Below are positions 1-12,853 of a stretch of DNA of 64,000 nucleotides, in pieces (position 1 is the stretch's first letter; every line of letters starts with the position of its first letter). Source of the DNA: Mobula hypostoma (taxonomy: Eukaryota); contig NC_086097.1 of NCBI RefSeq assembly GCF_963921235.1, positions 256,186,001 to 256,250,000 of the forward strand. Direction: 5' to 3'. A program made the translations under genes and the position numbers. The notes below the pieces were generated by a model. That model saw only the letters and a program-made list of their open reading frames with translations. It had not been told where the DNA came from and did not search any database.

Positions 1-1924
1 GGAAGAGAGAGGTGCAGCACGCGGCTCTCCTACACGTGTACGTGGGAGCGAAGCTGACGCAGGGCCTCATTCAGGTGAAGCGGCAAATATGATAAGGATT
101 TTGGAAGAGATAAGGGAAGTCCAGAAAGACATAAAGCAGCAACTCAATATAAAGCCAGAGCTCACCAACATCAATCAGAAAATAGCGGTAGCAGAGACTC
201 GAATTGAGAAGGTGGAAGATCGCGTTCAAAAAGTGGAACAGATACTAAGTAAGACGATAAAAATATTAAATCAACAGGAAAGTAAATTGCTTGACCAGGA
301 GGGAAGATCGCAACGGAAAATATCAGGATTTATAATGTTCCCGAAGGAGTGGAGGGATTGTCGATGATGGACTTTGTAGACAAGCTGCTGCGGGAAGCCG
401 CTGGAGATTCCTCAGATTACGGAGATTGAAATTGAAAGGGCACACCATTCGCTTGTCCAGTGGTCTCCCGGAGAAAGAGAAGGTAAACCACGCTCCATTG
501 TACTTAGATTCCTTCAATTCAAGAGCAAGGCGGACATTGTACGAAGGGCCTGAGGTAAGAAGAGGGTGTTTTGGAACGGGAAGTTAATATACTTCGATCA
601 TGATTACCCCCCGGCGGTCCTACAGGAACGGAAGGAATATTCCGAAGCAAAATGAATATTAAAGCAAGAAAAGATTAAATTCCAAACCCCGTACCCTGCT
701 AAACTGAGGGTATTTTACCAAGAAGGGATGCGACTGTACCAGACGGTGGAGGAGGCGACTACAGACATGAACAACAGAGGACTGTCCATTAGCGTGGTCA
801 AACCAAGGGAAACTCTGGCTGAGCAGTTATCCCAAACTGCTTGGGAAATAGTAAGAGAACCTAGAAAGCAGGGGACTGGAACAGGACGAGGGAAGGATTT
901 TAGGAAGAGACTGTCAGTTCTCCGAGGGCAGCCCTCACCTCCTCCAGAAGTGCCATAAGGTTTGGCTAACTTTAAAAGTGCTGAGAAACTAAACTGAAGC
1001 AAAAATAGATGGTGATAGACCTATCTCGAGAAATACGTGCTATAATGTGGATTTTATATTACTCAATTTTTTAAAAAAATCATTTATTCATTCTTTTTTC
1101 CCCACCTAAAAGAGAATATATTCATACACAGGGAGGAATACACAGGGAAATCATTTCTGTGTAATGGACATTTTTTTTTAAACTTACTTTTACAGGTACT
1201 GCAGCGGGGGCCCTCAACCCACAGGTAGGAGGGGCTATCCCCCACGGCTAGACTTTTCTTCTAGCTCAACCCAGGGTCATCTAGAGACCCCAACCTTGGA
1301 ACCACACCTTCCTTACCTTTTTATTATACACTTTTCGTGGTTCTTATTTGTTCAGGGAGTAGATCGATTAAGTTATATTCTGCAAATTTCAATGATATAC
1401 TAACAGATAAATACGCAGAGTGTAAGAACATATATTTTAGGTATATACCTCAAGAATGGTTGAAAAGAGGAAAATGTAAATATTTAATGAATGTATTGCT
1501 GGTGGCTGGTAAAAAGACCCTTCCCAGGAAATGGTTATCTCAGAAGAGCCCAACTCTAAATGTATGGATGGAAATTACAATGGGCATTTACAAAACGGAG
1601 AAGATAACAACATCTGTTAATCATAAGTTGGAACAATTTTATTCATACTGGAAAAATGGTTTAACGACATAACATCTCATAGGCCTCATTTTATTCTCAC
1701 TATCAATGAATATGTTGTTAAAAAAATCACTCCCTACTCTGTACATAGTTTTCTTCTTTCGATTGTTCTTTCTTTCCTCTTCTTTCTATAAGAGTATACT
1801 TCAGATAAATATTATGTGGAGATTTGTGACAAATATGATTATATGATATATATGTACAGTATCTGAAATACATCCTATGGAAATGTTTGTTTGATGATGA
1901 AAGTCAATAAATTACAAAAAAAAA
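1..1924 (+). mobile_element. L1-clade LINE remnant: disrupted ORF1, inter-ORF region, last part of ORF2, 3' UTR and A-tail
   Basis: ORF1-type motifs across frames (coiled coil, GRSQRKNIRIYNVPEG, RAH...PRSIVLRF, IYFDHDY, YPAKLRV). L1 ORF2 C-terminus LLVAGKK..RKW...PTLNVW at about 1480-1670. AATAAA at about 1905 followed by an A run. Confidence 0.85.
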
Positions 1925-2326
1925 GAACTTGATAGTCCCCCGATGACTACAGCTGCGGGAGGTGCAGCCAAGTCCAGCTCATGAAAGACCACATTAGGAG
2001 CCAGAAATGGAGCTGGATGAACTTAGGATCATCTGGGAGGGAGAGCAGTTGATAGATACGACATTTGAGCAAGTGGTTACACCCAGAGTGCAGAATTTGG
2101 GCAGTAGATGGGTGAAAACCAAGAGAGGTAACGGGAGAAGGAAGTCAGTGCATGGTCCCCCTGTAGCCATTCCCCTGAGCAACAAGTATATCCGTTTGGA
2201 TACTGCTGTGGGGAGTGACCTATCTGGGCAAGGCAGCAGCAGCCAGACCAACAGCACTATGGTCGGCTCTGAACATCAGAAGGGTAGGGTGAAGTCAGGC
2301 GGAACAATAGTCAGAGGGAACTCGAT

Positions 2327-2925
2327 TTGGCCTGTCCCCTAAAGCCCTCACTAATTTTTATAGATGTACCGTAGAAAGCATTCTTCTAGGGTGCATCACA
2401 ACCTGGTATGGAAGTTGTCTGTCCAAGACCGAAAGAAGCTGCAAAAGATCGTGAACATGGCGCAGCACATCACACAAACCAATCTTCTGTCCGTGGACTC
2501 ACTTTACACCGCACGCTGTCGGAGCAGTGCTGCCAGGATAATCAAGGACACGACCCACCCAGACAACACACTTTTCGTTCCTCTCCCTCCGGGAGAAGGC
2601 TCAGGAGCCTGAAGACTCGTACGGCCAGATTTGGGAACAGCTTCTTTCCAACTGTGATAAGATTGCTGAACGGATCCTGACCCGGATCTGGGCTGTACCC
2701 TCCAAATATCCGGACCTGCCTCTCGGTTTTTTTGACCTACCTTACTTTCCATTTTTCTATTTTCTATTTATGATTTATAATTTAAATTTTTAATATTTAC
2801 TAATTTTTACTATTTTTAATATTTAATATTTGTAATCCAGGGAGCGGGAAGTGCAGAATCAAATATCGCTGTGATGATTGTACGTTCTAGTATCAATTGT
2901 TTGGCGACAATAAAGTATAAAGTAT
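2327..2925 (+). mobile_element. Rex/Babar-type LINE 3' fragment inserted in CR1 ORF1
   Basis: FYRCTVESIL...DRKKLQKIV...RIIKDTTHP...RFGNSFFPTVIRLLN, AT-rich UTR and an (aaagtat)n tail. Splits CR1 'ctcgat|agttag'. Same family as 42565-43455. Confidence 0.8.
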
Positions 2926-3349
2926 AGTTAGGGGGACAGATAGGAGATTCTGCTGCAGCAAAAGAGACATCAGGATAGTGTGTTGCCTCCAGGTGCTAGG
3001 GTCCAGGATGTCACTGAGTGGTTGCAGAATATTCTTGAAGGGGGCGGTGAGCAGCTGGACGTTGTAGTACATGTTGCTACCAATGACATAGGCAGGAGAG
3101 GGGTAGGGGTCCTGTGGAATAAGTTTAGAGAGTTAGGAAGGAGACTGAAGAGCAGGACCTCCAAGGTGGTAATCTCTGGATTACTCCCAGTGCCACGAGC
3201 ATAACGCAGATGAACGAGTGGCTGAGGAGATAGTGCAGGGGACAAGGTTTTAGGTTTCTTGGATAATTGGAACTTTTTCTGGGGGAGGAGTGACCTGTAC
3301 AAGTGGGACACATTGCACCTGAACTGGAGGGGAACTAATATCCTGGGAG

Positions 3350-3540
3350 CACACATCAAAGTTGCTGGTGAACACAGCAGGCCAGGCAGCATCTCTAGGA
3401 AGAGGTGTAGTCGACGTTTCAGGCCCTGAAACGTCGACTGCACCTCTTCCTAGAGATGCTACCTGGTCTGCTGCGTTCACCAGCAACTTTGATGTGTGTT
3501 GCTTGAATTTCCAGCATCTGCAGAATTCCTGTTGTTTGCG
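3350..3540. mobile_element. Miniature palindromic PLE insertion (two 3' tails head-to-head) with 14 bp TSD
   Basis: 74 bp inverted arms (3350-3423 / 3425-3498) plus a 42 bp extra tail. TAATATCCTGGGAG is duplicated at 3336-3349 and 3541-3554. Sequence matches the PLE termini at 11377 and 14322. Confidence 0.9.
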
Positions 3541-5930
3541 TAATATCCTGGGAGGGAGGTTTGCTAATGCCATTGGGTAGGGTTAAAACTAGATTTGCAG
3601 GGGGGGGGGGAACCAAAGTGAAAAGGCAGAGGATGGGGTGATTGGCGCACAAGTAGTTTATGAGGAAGGATAGGCAAATGACAGAGCAAAGATGCATTCA
3701 GCCTGATGGTTTGAGATGTGTATATTTTAATGCAAGGGGTACCATAAGCAAGGCAGATGAACTTAAGAGTGTGGATCAATACATGGAAGTATGATGATGC
3801 AGCCATCATAGAGACTTGAATGTCTCAGGGGCAAGAATGACTGCTGACTGTGCCAGGCTATAGATGTTTCAAAAAGGACAGGGAGGGAGGCAAAAGAGGT
3901 GGGAAAGAGGCACTGCTAATCAGGGATGGTATAACAGCTGCAGAAAAGGAGGAAGTCCTGGAGGGATTGTTTTCTGAGTCATTGTGGGTGGGAAGTCTGA
4001 CACAGGAAGGGAGCAATAACTCTATTGGGTGTTTTTTATAGACCCTCCAACAGTAACAGAGACATCAAGCAAATAGGGAGGCAGATTCTGGAATGGTGCA
4101 ATAATAATAAGTTGTTGTGATGGGTGATTTTAACTTTCCTAATATTGACTGGCATCTCTTTAGAGCAAGGGGTTTAGATGGAGTGGAGTTTGTTAGGTGT
4201 GTTTCCTGACCAATATGTAGATAAGCCAACTAGAGGAGAGACTGTACTTGATATAGTATTGGGAAATAAACCTGGCCAGGCATCAGATCTCTCGGTGGGA
4301 GAGTATTTTGGAGGTAGTGATCACAACTCTATCTCCTTTACCATAGCGCTGGAGAGGGATAGGAGCAGACAATCAGGGAAAACATTCAATTGGGGTAGGG
4401 GGAAATATGATACTATTAGGCAGAATCTTGGGAACATAAATTGGAAGCATTTGTTCTCATGGAAATGCACGGCAGAAATGTGGCAAAAATGTTCAGGGAA
4501 CATTTGCAGGGTGTTCTGCATAGGCATGTTCTATTGAGGCAGGAAAAGGATGGTAGGGTAAAAGAACCATGGAGTACAAAGGATGTAGAAAATCTAGTTA
4601 AAAATTAAAAAGCTTATGAAAGGTTCAAGAAACCAGCTACTGTTAGAACTCTAGAAAATTACAAGGGTGCCAGGAAGGAGCTCAAGAATGAAATTAGGAG
4701 AGCTAGAACGGGGCATGAGAAGGCCTTGCAAACAGGATTAAGGAAAACCCCAAGGCATTCTGCAAGTATGTGAAGAGTAAAAGGATGAGCCATGTGAGAA
4801 TAGGACCATTCAGGTGTGATGCTGGAAACGTGTGCATGAAGTCGGAGGAGGGAGCGGAGATACTTAATGAATACTTTCCTTCAGTATTCACCAGGGTAAA
4901 GGAACTTGGCAATTGTGGGAATGAGTTACAGCAGACTGAAACGGTTGCATCTATAGACATTAAGTAAGAGAATGTGCTAGAGCTTTTGAAAGGTATTAAG
5001 TTAGATAAGTCACCGGGACCAGACGAGATATACCCCAGTATACTGCGGGAAGTGAGGGGGTAGATTGCTGAGCCTCTGGCAATGATCTTTGCGTCATCAA
5101 TAGGGACAGAAGTAGGACCAGAGGATTGGAAGGTTGCAAAGGTTGTTCCCTTGCTCATGAAAGAGAGTAGAGATAGCCCAGGAAATTATAGACCAGTGAG
5201 TCTTACTTCAGGAGTGGGAAAGTTGTTGGAGAAGATCCTGACAGGCAGGATGCCTGAGCATTTGGAGAGACATAATCTGATAAAGTTCCCCATGAGAGGC
5301 TCATTCAGAAAGTAATGAGGCACAGGATCCGGGGAGACCTTGCTTTGTGGATCCAGAATTGGCTTGCCCACAGAAAGCAAAGGGTGGTTGTGGATTGTTC
5401 GTATTCTGCATGGAGGACAGTGACTAGTTGTGTTCCTCAGGGATCTGTTCTAGGAACCCTCCTATCTGTGATTTTTATAAATGATCTGTATGAGGAAGTA
5501 GATGGGTGGGTTATTAAGTTTGCTGATGACCCAAAAGTTGAGGGTGTTGTGGATAGTCTGGAGGGTTGTCAGAGGTTACAGCACAACATCAATAGGATGC
5601 AAAACTGGGCTGAGTTCAAACCAGATAAGCATGGTCGTTTATTTCCATAGGTCAAACTTGAAGACAGAATATAATATTAATGTTAAGACTCTTGGCAGTG
5701 TGGAGGATCAGTGAATTCTTGGGGTCGATGTTGATAGGGCACACAAAGCTGCTGGGCAGGTTGACAGTGTTGTTAAGAAGGCATATGGTGTGTTGGCCTT
5801 CATCAACCATGGGATTGAGTTCAAGAACCATGAAGTAATGTTACAGCTATATCACGCCTTAGTTAGAACCCACATGGATTGCTGTGTTCAGTTCCGGTCA
5901 CCTCTTTACAGAAAGGATGTGGATACTATA

Positions 5931-7097
5931 AGGCCATAAGACCATAAGATATAGGAGCAGAAGTAGGCCATTCGGTCCATCGAGTCTGCTCCACCATTCA
6001 ATCATCGGTGGATCCAATTCTTCCAGTCATCCCCACTCCCCTGCCTTCACCCCATACCCTTTGATGCCCTGGCTAATCAAGAACCTATCTATCTCTGCCT
6101 TAAATACACCCAATGACTTGGCCTCCACAACCACTCGTGGCAACAAATTCCACAGATTTATTACTCTCTGATGTGACAAGAATACACATAGATAAGATGT
6201 TAGCTGTCCTGTGTGATCAGCAGTTGGTCTGCCACCTGTCTTCAAGAGAGAGATAAGGAGCACAATGAAACAGCATCTGGAGATGTGTAATGAAGGGACG
6301 GGAGAGAGAGCTGTCTGGAGCGGCTCCCCCTTTGAACCCTGAACTGTTTGAAGTGATGGACAGGCGATACCCCAGCAGGGGGATAAAAAGGGACAGGTTC
6401 GCTAAGGCAGGACACACACGACACCTGAGGTAATGAGGCCCTGGAAGCGGTGCGCCTCTCACGAGTAGGTGGGAAGTACCGGACCTTAAACGCACAGGGT
6501 GGAAAGGTACGATCAGCGGGAACCCGGTGTGTGTCCACCCTCGCTTGGGTGCCGGGTTCACTGCAGAGGATCGACCGCATCTGGAGGAGGGGTCACAGTC
6601 GGTAACCTCAGGCGACATCACAGAGGACCCGCCCGGAAAGCTGCTTGTGAGCAATATCGCCGGTCTGTGAGTGGAAGCCGTTTCTGAATGATCAGTCGTT
6701 CCTGTTCTCTCTCTCTCCCCCCCCCCACGTTGTCCATCGCCATGGCAACGATTACTGCGAACTGAACTACTAAATTGGACTGAACTTTGTGTCACTTTGA
6801 AATTGGTCATTTACCCCTAGACAACGATAGAGCTTGATTGATGCTGTTATCTTAATTCTGTGCACATGTGTGTTTATCATTGCTGAACTGTTGCATTTAT
6901 TATCCTTTCGATTACTGTGTTGCTTGTTTCTTTAATAAAACTTTCTTAGTTCTAGTAATCCAGACTCCAACTGAGTGATCCATTTCTGCTGGTTTGGCAA
7001 TCCAGTTACGGGGTACGTAACACTGACTAAAGTAATTTCTCAGCATTTCAGTTCTAAATGGACGTCCTTCAATCCTAAAGTTGTGCCCTCTTGTCTT
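5931..7097 (-). mobile_element. CR1 3' fragment (family of 56421-58363), itself split by a solo LTR
   Basis: Tail ccataagaccataaga and minus-strand QRVINLWNLLP..EAKSLGVFKAEIDRFL. Resumes after 7022. Confidence 0.8.
6172..7022 (+). mobile_element. Solo LTR (851 bp), Gypsy- or ERV-like
   Basis: Begins TGTGAC and ends GTAACA. 4 bp TSD CTGA (6168-6171, 7023-7026) exactly interrupts CR1 'ctctga|ctaaa'. TATA-like GATAAAA near 6382 and AATAAA near 6934 give the tentative orientation. Confidence 0.85.
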
Positions 7098-7586
7098 AGA
7101 GAGAGCGTGCAGAGGAGATTTACAAGGATGTTACCTGGATTGGAGAGTGTGCCTTATGCGAACAGTCTGAGTGACGTTGGCCTTTTTCCTACTTGGAGTG
7201 ACGGAGGATGAGAGGTGACCTGACTGGTGTATAAGACGTTGAGAGGCATTGATCGTGTGGATAGCCAGAGGTTTTCCCAGGGCTGAAATGGCTAGCACAA
7301 GTAGGCATGGTTTTAAGGTGCTTGTAAGAAGGCACAAGGGGGATGTCAGAGGTAAGTTTTTCACACAGAGAGTAGTGGGTGCGTGAAATGCACTGCCAGC
7401 GAAGGTGGTAGAGGCAGATACAATCGGATGTTTTAAGAGACTCTTAGATAGGTACATGGAACTTAGAAATCTAGAGGGCAATGCAGTAGGGAAATTCGAA
7501 GCAGTTTCTAGAGTAGGTTACATGGTCGGCACAACGTCGTGGGCCGAAGGGCCAATGTGCACTCGATTTTCTATGTTCTGCGTTCT

Positions 7587-8126
7587 AAGGCAACTGGACT
7601 TGCTGTGTTGTCTGGAAGATGATTCACCACTCATCTGAGAGGCTTCTTCAGAATTGATCCTTGGTGGGTATATTCTGGTTTATAAACTCTGAGTTGTTCA
7701 AAGGTATGCCAATCACATGAGAGTCATTAAGAGTCATAGAGGTATGAAAGGTTCATTAGTCTTACCTTTGCATGAATGGAGGTGTGAACTGTTGTGGAGA
7801 TACTGGGGTAGAGATGTTAGGACTGTGTTGTAAGTAGCTGATAAGTGGTGTCATATGGGTTTTCCAGTTTGGCAAAGATGGCTTCTTTAACCGCTCTTTC
7901 AAACCACCTGTCCTCCCTGTCTTTTGTCCTTTAAGTGTAGATATACAGCGGAGTCTTAAACTCTCATTACCTTTACAACTTTTAATGACCATCATGTGAC
8001 TGCTATACCTTTAAACAACTCAGAGTTTATAAGCTGGAAAACTACCCACTATGGATCAGAACTGAAGCTGCCTGTCAGATGAGAGGTGAAATATCTTCTA
8101 GACAACATAGCAAGTCCAGTTGCCTT
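7587..8126. mobile_element. Old PLE of a second (Poseidon-like) family, head-to-head inverted arms
   Basis: About 150 bp at 7587-7737 is an imperfect reverse complement of about 7977-8126. The minus strand of about 7800-7960 encodes GIY-YIG C-terminal remnants DSAVYLHLKDK / DREDRWFERAVKEAIF / HHLSATYNTVL. Both arms contain a decayed hammerhead. Confidence 0.75.
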
Positions 8127-8228
8127 GATTTACTACTGCTTCATAGTCTATAACAAAAAAGTTTTGAAATAATACCAAATTTTCTTCAGATGCTGTTCTC
8201 CAGACTAATTCTGATGACATACTTAACT

Positions 8229-8526
8229 TATTTAGTGATACAGTGCAGAATAGATTCTTTCAGTCCTTTAAACCATGCCACTCTAGCAATCCCTGACAAC
8301 TCCGATTTAACCCAAACCCAATCACGGGATATTTTACAATGACCAATTAACCTACCTGGTAGGCTTTTGGACTGTAGGAGGAACATAGAATACCCACAGG
8401 AAACCCAGGCATTCCATATGGAGAATGTAAAGAGACTCCATACAGAGGATGCAGGGTTTGAACTCAAAACTCTGATGCCTCAAGCTGTAATAGCGTCATG
8501 CTAACTGCTACGTTACTGTTGGTGCC
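8229..8526 (-). mobile_element. tRNA-derived V-SINE (HE1-like)
   Basis: Minus strand has an A-box-like TAGCAGTTAG, a B-box GAGTTCAAACC, a V-domain-like gcctgggtttcctgtgggtattctatgttcctcctacagtccaaa, and a CR1-like tail. Confidence 0.7.
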
Positions 8527-9130
8527 AAATATGAATAAATTATTACTGAAATGTTTCAGCTATAATAAGCCAGGCACCAACTGCACAGTTTTCACTAAAA
8601 TTCAGAACAAATTATGTTTCATCACCATTTTGTTTTTTGGCATCTATTATTACATGATCCAAGGCATTCGATTGAGGAACCCAAGTGAAATCAGGGCTGT
8701 CAATCACAGGGCAAAAATTGCTGCTTTGAGCAGCTTTCATAATATCATAAATTAGCAAACAGAACAGGGAAGAAATTCTGAAATCAAATAATTGATGCTA
8801 GACCAAGTCTAACAGTAAAGAACATGTAGGGGAAACTCAGAACAGAAATGTGGAGGATAGTGCTGCAACATGGAAATGAGGAAAAAGTACAGCAATAAGG
8901 AGAAAAAAATAAATCGCCTATCATTAATTCATTTAATGAATTAGTATCAGTATTCTGAAGTTAAGGATGTGATGACGACCTTGGATGAACTGGTGATTGT
9001 GTCACAAAGAAATTGAGAGGCTATCTAAATCAAATGGCTAAAATAACACTCATATTCTCGTATATCAAGATTAATAACAACTATCCAAAACCACATCAGC
9101 AAACAAGTTCTTTTATATTGGATATCGTAC

Positions 9131-9171
9131 CTTATGCCTGAAATGGAGAACCAGGTCACGGGGAGACAGAC
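9131..9171 (-). CDS. avl9: AVL9 internal coding exon, 41 bp
   Basis: Minus strand reads ttctctttag|GT CTG TCT CCC CGT GAC CTG GTT CTC CAT TTC AGG CAT AAG|gtacga = (S)LSPRDLVLHFRHK. The phase-1 start fits the phase-1 end of the 67 bp exon. Confidence 0.93.
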
Positions 9172-11471
9172 CTAAAGAGAACCAATTTACATTAAATTGG
9201 AATATCGAAATTTAATCTTAACTAATGAATATAATTACAATTGACAGTTTAGATCATCCATTCTTTCCATTAGACATATTTATGAAATCATGGAATGACG
9301 CATCTAAGAAACCAGCTTTTGTTTTGCTACATATGTGCCTGCCCTTTCCAATAACCATGAAAGTAGTCATACTTCTCTGGTTTTATAATTTCAGTAAATA
9401 AATAAATTATGCACAATCCAATGTCTCCAAGGGAAATGTGCGCAGAATGTCCTGATTTGAGAGTGAGCAGCTTGAAGTCATTGTCACATCGGTACCAATG
9501 ACATGGGTAGGAAGGGTAACCAGGTCTTGCAAAGTGACTTCTGGAGTCAGGTGCTAAGTTAAAGGACAGGGTGGTGATGTTCAGATTTCCATCAGTGCCA
9601 TGTGCTAGTGAGCCCAGAAATAGGAAGACCATACAGTTTAACATGTGGCTAAGAAGTTGATGCAGGAGGGAGCGTTTCACATTTTCGGAACATTGGAGAT
9701 GTACTCTATCTTGTACACCAAGAAGAGCCAAGGACCTTAAATATAACTGCTGCAGCTCCTAACAAACCGCCTAAGGGAACTGGAGCAGGAGCTGGATGAC
9801 CTCCAGATTATTCGGGAGAATGAGGAGATTATAGATAGTAGCTACAGGGAGGTAGTTACGCCAAAGGAGCAGAGCACAGGAAATTGGGTCACTGTCAGGC
9901 GAGGGAAGGGGAAAGGGCAGGCAGAGCAGGGTTCCCCTGTGGCCATTCCCCTCAACAACAAGTATACCGCATTGGATAATGTTGAGGGGGATGACTTACC
10001 TGGGACAAGCTGCAGCAGCCAGATCTCTGGCACCTAGTCTGGTTCTGCAGTGCAGAAGGGAGGGTGGAAACAGAGCAGAGCAGTAGTGATAGGGGACTCG
10101 ATAGTTAGAGGTGCAGACAGTAGGTTCTGTCGGAGTAATAGAGAATCCAGGATGGTTTGTTGTTTCCCGGGTGCCAGGGTCAAGGATGTCCCTGATCGCT
10201 TGCATGACGTTCTGAAGTGGGAGGGTGATCAGCCAGATGTCGTGGTGCACATCGGTAGCAATGACATGGCAAGGAAGAGTGAGGAGGTCCTGGAGAGTGA
10301 GTATAGAGAGCTTGGTAGGAAGTTGAAAAGCAGGACCTCAAGGGTGGTAATCTCAGGATTGCTACCTGTGCTACGTGCCAGTGAGGGTAAGAATAGGATG
10401 CTCTGGAGGATGAACAAGTGGCTGAGGAATTGGTGTAGGGGGCAGGGTTTCAGATTTCAGGATCATTAGGACCTCTTCTGGGGCAGGTGGGACCTGTACA
10501 AGACAGACGGGTTACACTTGAACTACAAGGGGACCAATATCCTTTCAGGGAGGTTTGTTAGTGCTATTGGGGAGCCTTTAAACTACATTTGCAGGGGATG
10601 GGAACCAGAGTGCCAGAGCTGACAGTGTGGCTGGGGTGAAAATAAATGATGTTAAAAGTTCAAGCAAAGCCGCAAATAGAAAGGTTGTGAGTGGTGGTAA
10701 AAATCTTCTGAGGTGTTTATATTTCAATGCTAGGAGTATTGCAGGGAAGGAAGACGAGTTGAGGGCGTGGATTGACACGTGGAATTATGACGTTATAGCA
10801 ATTAGTGAAACTTGGCTACAGGAGGGGCAGGACTGGCAGCTTAATATTCCAGGGTTCCGGTGTTTCAGATGTGATAGAGGCAGAGGAATGAAAGGTGGGG
10901 GGGGGGGTAGCATTGCTTGTCAGAGAAAATGTTACAGCAGTGCTCAGGCAGGACAGATTAGAGGGCTTGTCTACTGAGTCCTTATGGGTGGAGCTGAGAA
11001 ACAGGAAAGGTATGGCCACATTAGTGGGGTTGTATTACAGACCACCTAATAGTCAGCGAGAATTGGAGGAGCAAATCTGCAGAGAGACAGCAGGCAACTG
11101 CAGGAAACATAAATTTGTAGTGGTAGGGGATTTTAATTTTCCACATATTGATTGGGACTCCCATACTGTTAGGGGTCTAGGTGGGTTAGAGTCTGTAAAA
11201 TGTGTTCAGGGAAGTTTTCTAAATCAATATATAGAGGTAACAACTAGAGGCGATGCAATATTAGATCTCCTACTAGGAAACGAGTTACGACAAGTGACGG
11301 AAGTGTGTGTAGGGTGCACTTTGGTTCCAGTGATCATAACACCATTAGTATCAACTTGATCATGGATAAAGATAGACAACAGGAATTCTGCAGATGCTGG
11401 AAATTCAAGCAACACACATCGAAGTTGCTGGTGAACGCAGCAGGCCAGGCAGCATCGATAGGAAGAGGCGC

Positions 11472-11507
11472 AGTCGACGTTTCAGGCCGAGACCCTTCGT
11501 CAGGACT
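11472..11507 (-). ncRNA. Minimal hammerhead ribozyme motif (mirror copy; sense in avl9 pre-mRNA)
   Basis: Exact reverse complement of 14235-14270. Confidence 0.85.
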
Positions 11508-12853
11508 AACTGAAGGAAGAGTGAGTAAGGGATTTGAAAGCTGGAGGGGGAGGGGGAGATGCAAAATGATAGGAGAAGACAGGAGGGGGAGGGATAGAGC
11601 CGAGAGCTGGACAGGTGATAGGCAGAAGAGGATACGAGAGGATCATGGGACAGGAGGTCCGGGAAGAAAGACGGGGGGGGGGGTGACCCAGAGGATGGGC
11701 AAGAGGTATATTCAGAGGGACAGAGGGAGAAAAAGGAGAGTGAGAGAAAGAATGTGTGCATAAAAAAGAGTAACAGATGGGATACGAGGGGGAGGTGGGG
11801 CCTAGCGGAAGTTAGAGAAGTCAATGTTCATGCCATCAGGTTGGAGGCTACCCAGACGGAATATAAGGTGTTGATCCTCCAACCTGAGTGTGGCTTCATC
11901 TTTACAGTAGAGGAGGCCGTGGATAGACATGTCAGAATGGGAATGGGATGTGGAATTAAAATGTGTGGCCACTGGGAGATCCTGCTTTCTCTGGCGGACA
12001 GAGCGTAGATGTTCAGCAAAGCGGTCTCCCAGTCTGCGTCGGGTCTCACCAATATATAAAAGGCCACATCGGGAGCACTGGACGCAGTATTTCACCCCAG
12101 TCGACTCACAGGTGAAGTGATGCCTCACCTGGAAGGACTGTTTGGGGCCCTGAATGGTGGTAAGGGAGGAAGTGTAAGGGCATGTGCAGCACTTGTTCCG
12201 CTTACACGGATAAGTGCCAGGAGGGAGATCAGTGGGGAGGGATGGGGGGGACGAATGGACAAGGGAGTTGTGTAGGGAGCGATCCCTGCGGAATGCAGAG
12301 GGGGGGAGGGAAAGATATGCTTAGTGGTGGGATCCCGTTGGAGGTGGCGGAAGTTACGGAGAATAATATGTTGGACCCGGAGGCTGGTGGGGTGGTAGGT
12401 GAGGACCAGGGGAACCCTATTCCTAGTGGGGTGGTGGGAGGATGGAGTGAGAGCAGATGTACGTGAAATGGGGGAGATGCGTTTAAGAGCAGAGTTGGTA
12501 GTGGAGGAAGGGAAGCCCCTTTCTTTAAAAAATGAAGACATCTCCCTCGTCCTAGAATGAAAAGCCTCATCCTGAGAGCAGATGCGGCGGAGACGGAGGA
12601 ATTGCGAGAAGGGGATGGCGTTTTTGCAAGAGACAGGGTGAGAAGAGGAATAGTCCAGATAGCTGTGAGAGTCAGTAGGCTTATAGTAGACATCAGTGGA
12701 TAAGCTGTCTCCAGAGACAGAGACAGAAAGATCTAGAAAGGGGAGGGAGGTGTCGGAAATGGACCAGGTAAACTTGAGGGCAGGGTGAAAGTTGGAGGCA
12801 AAGTTAATAAAGTCAACGAGTTCTGCATGCGTGCAGGAAGCAGCGCCAATGCA

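Larger units (their letters stand above)
1940..7586 (+). mobile_element. Decayed near-full-length CR1 LINE (ORF1 esterase, APE endonuclease, RT), interrupted by Rex, PLE and CR1/LTR insertions
   Basis: ORF1 VVVHVATNDIG/VVISGLLP, endonuclease GDFNFP and [25 protein letters not shown] and KFADD. CR1 tail ttctatgttct at about 7570-7586. Many stops and frameshifts. Confidence 0.85.

Noticed and set aside
2750..2835. AT-rich quasi-palindromic stretch (mirror at about 42620-42700)
   Set aside because: It is the 3' UTR of the Rex/Babar family, present in both copies.
9327..9731. 134 aa minus-strand ORF near the avl9 exon
   Set aside because: Mostly antisense of a decayed CR1 ORF1 fragment; no convincing splice sites and no AVL9 similarity.
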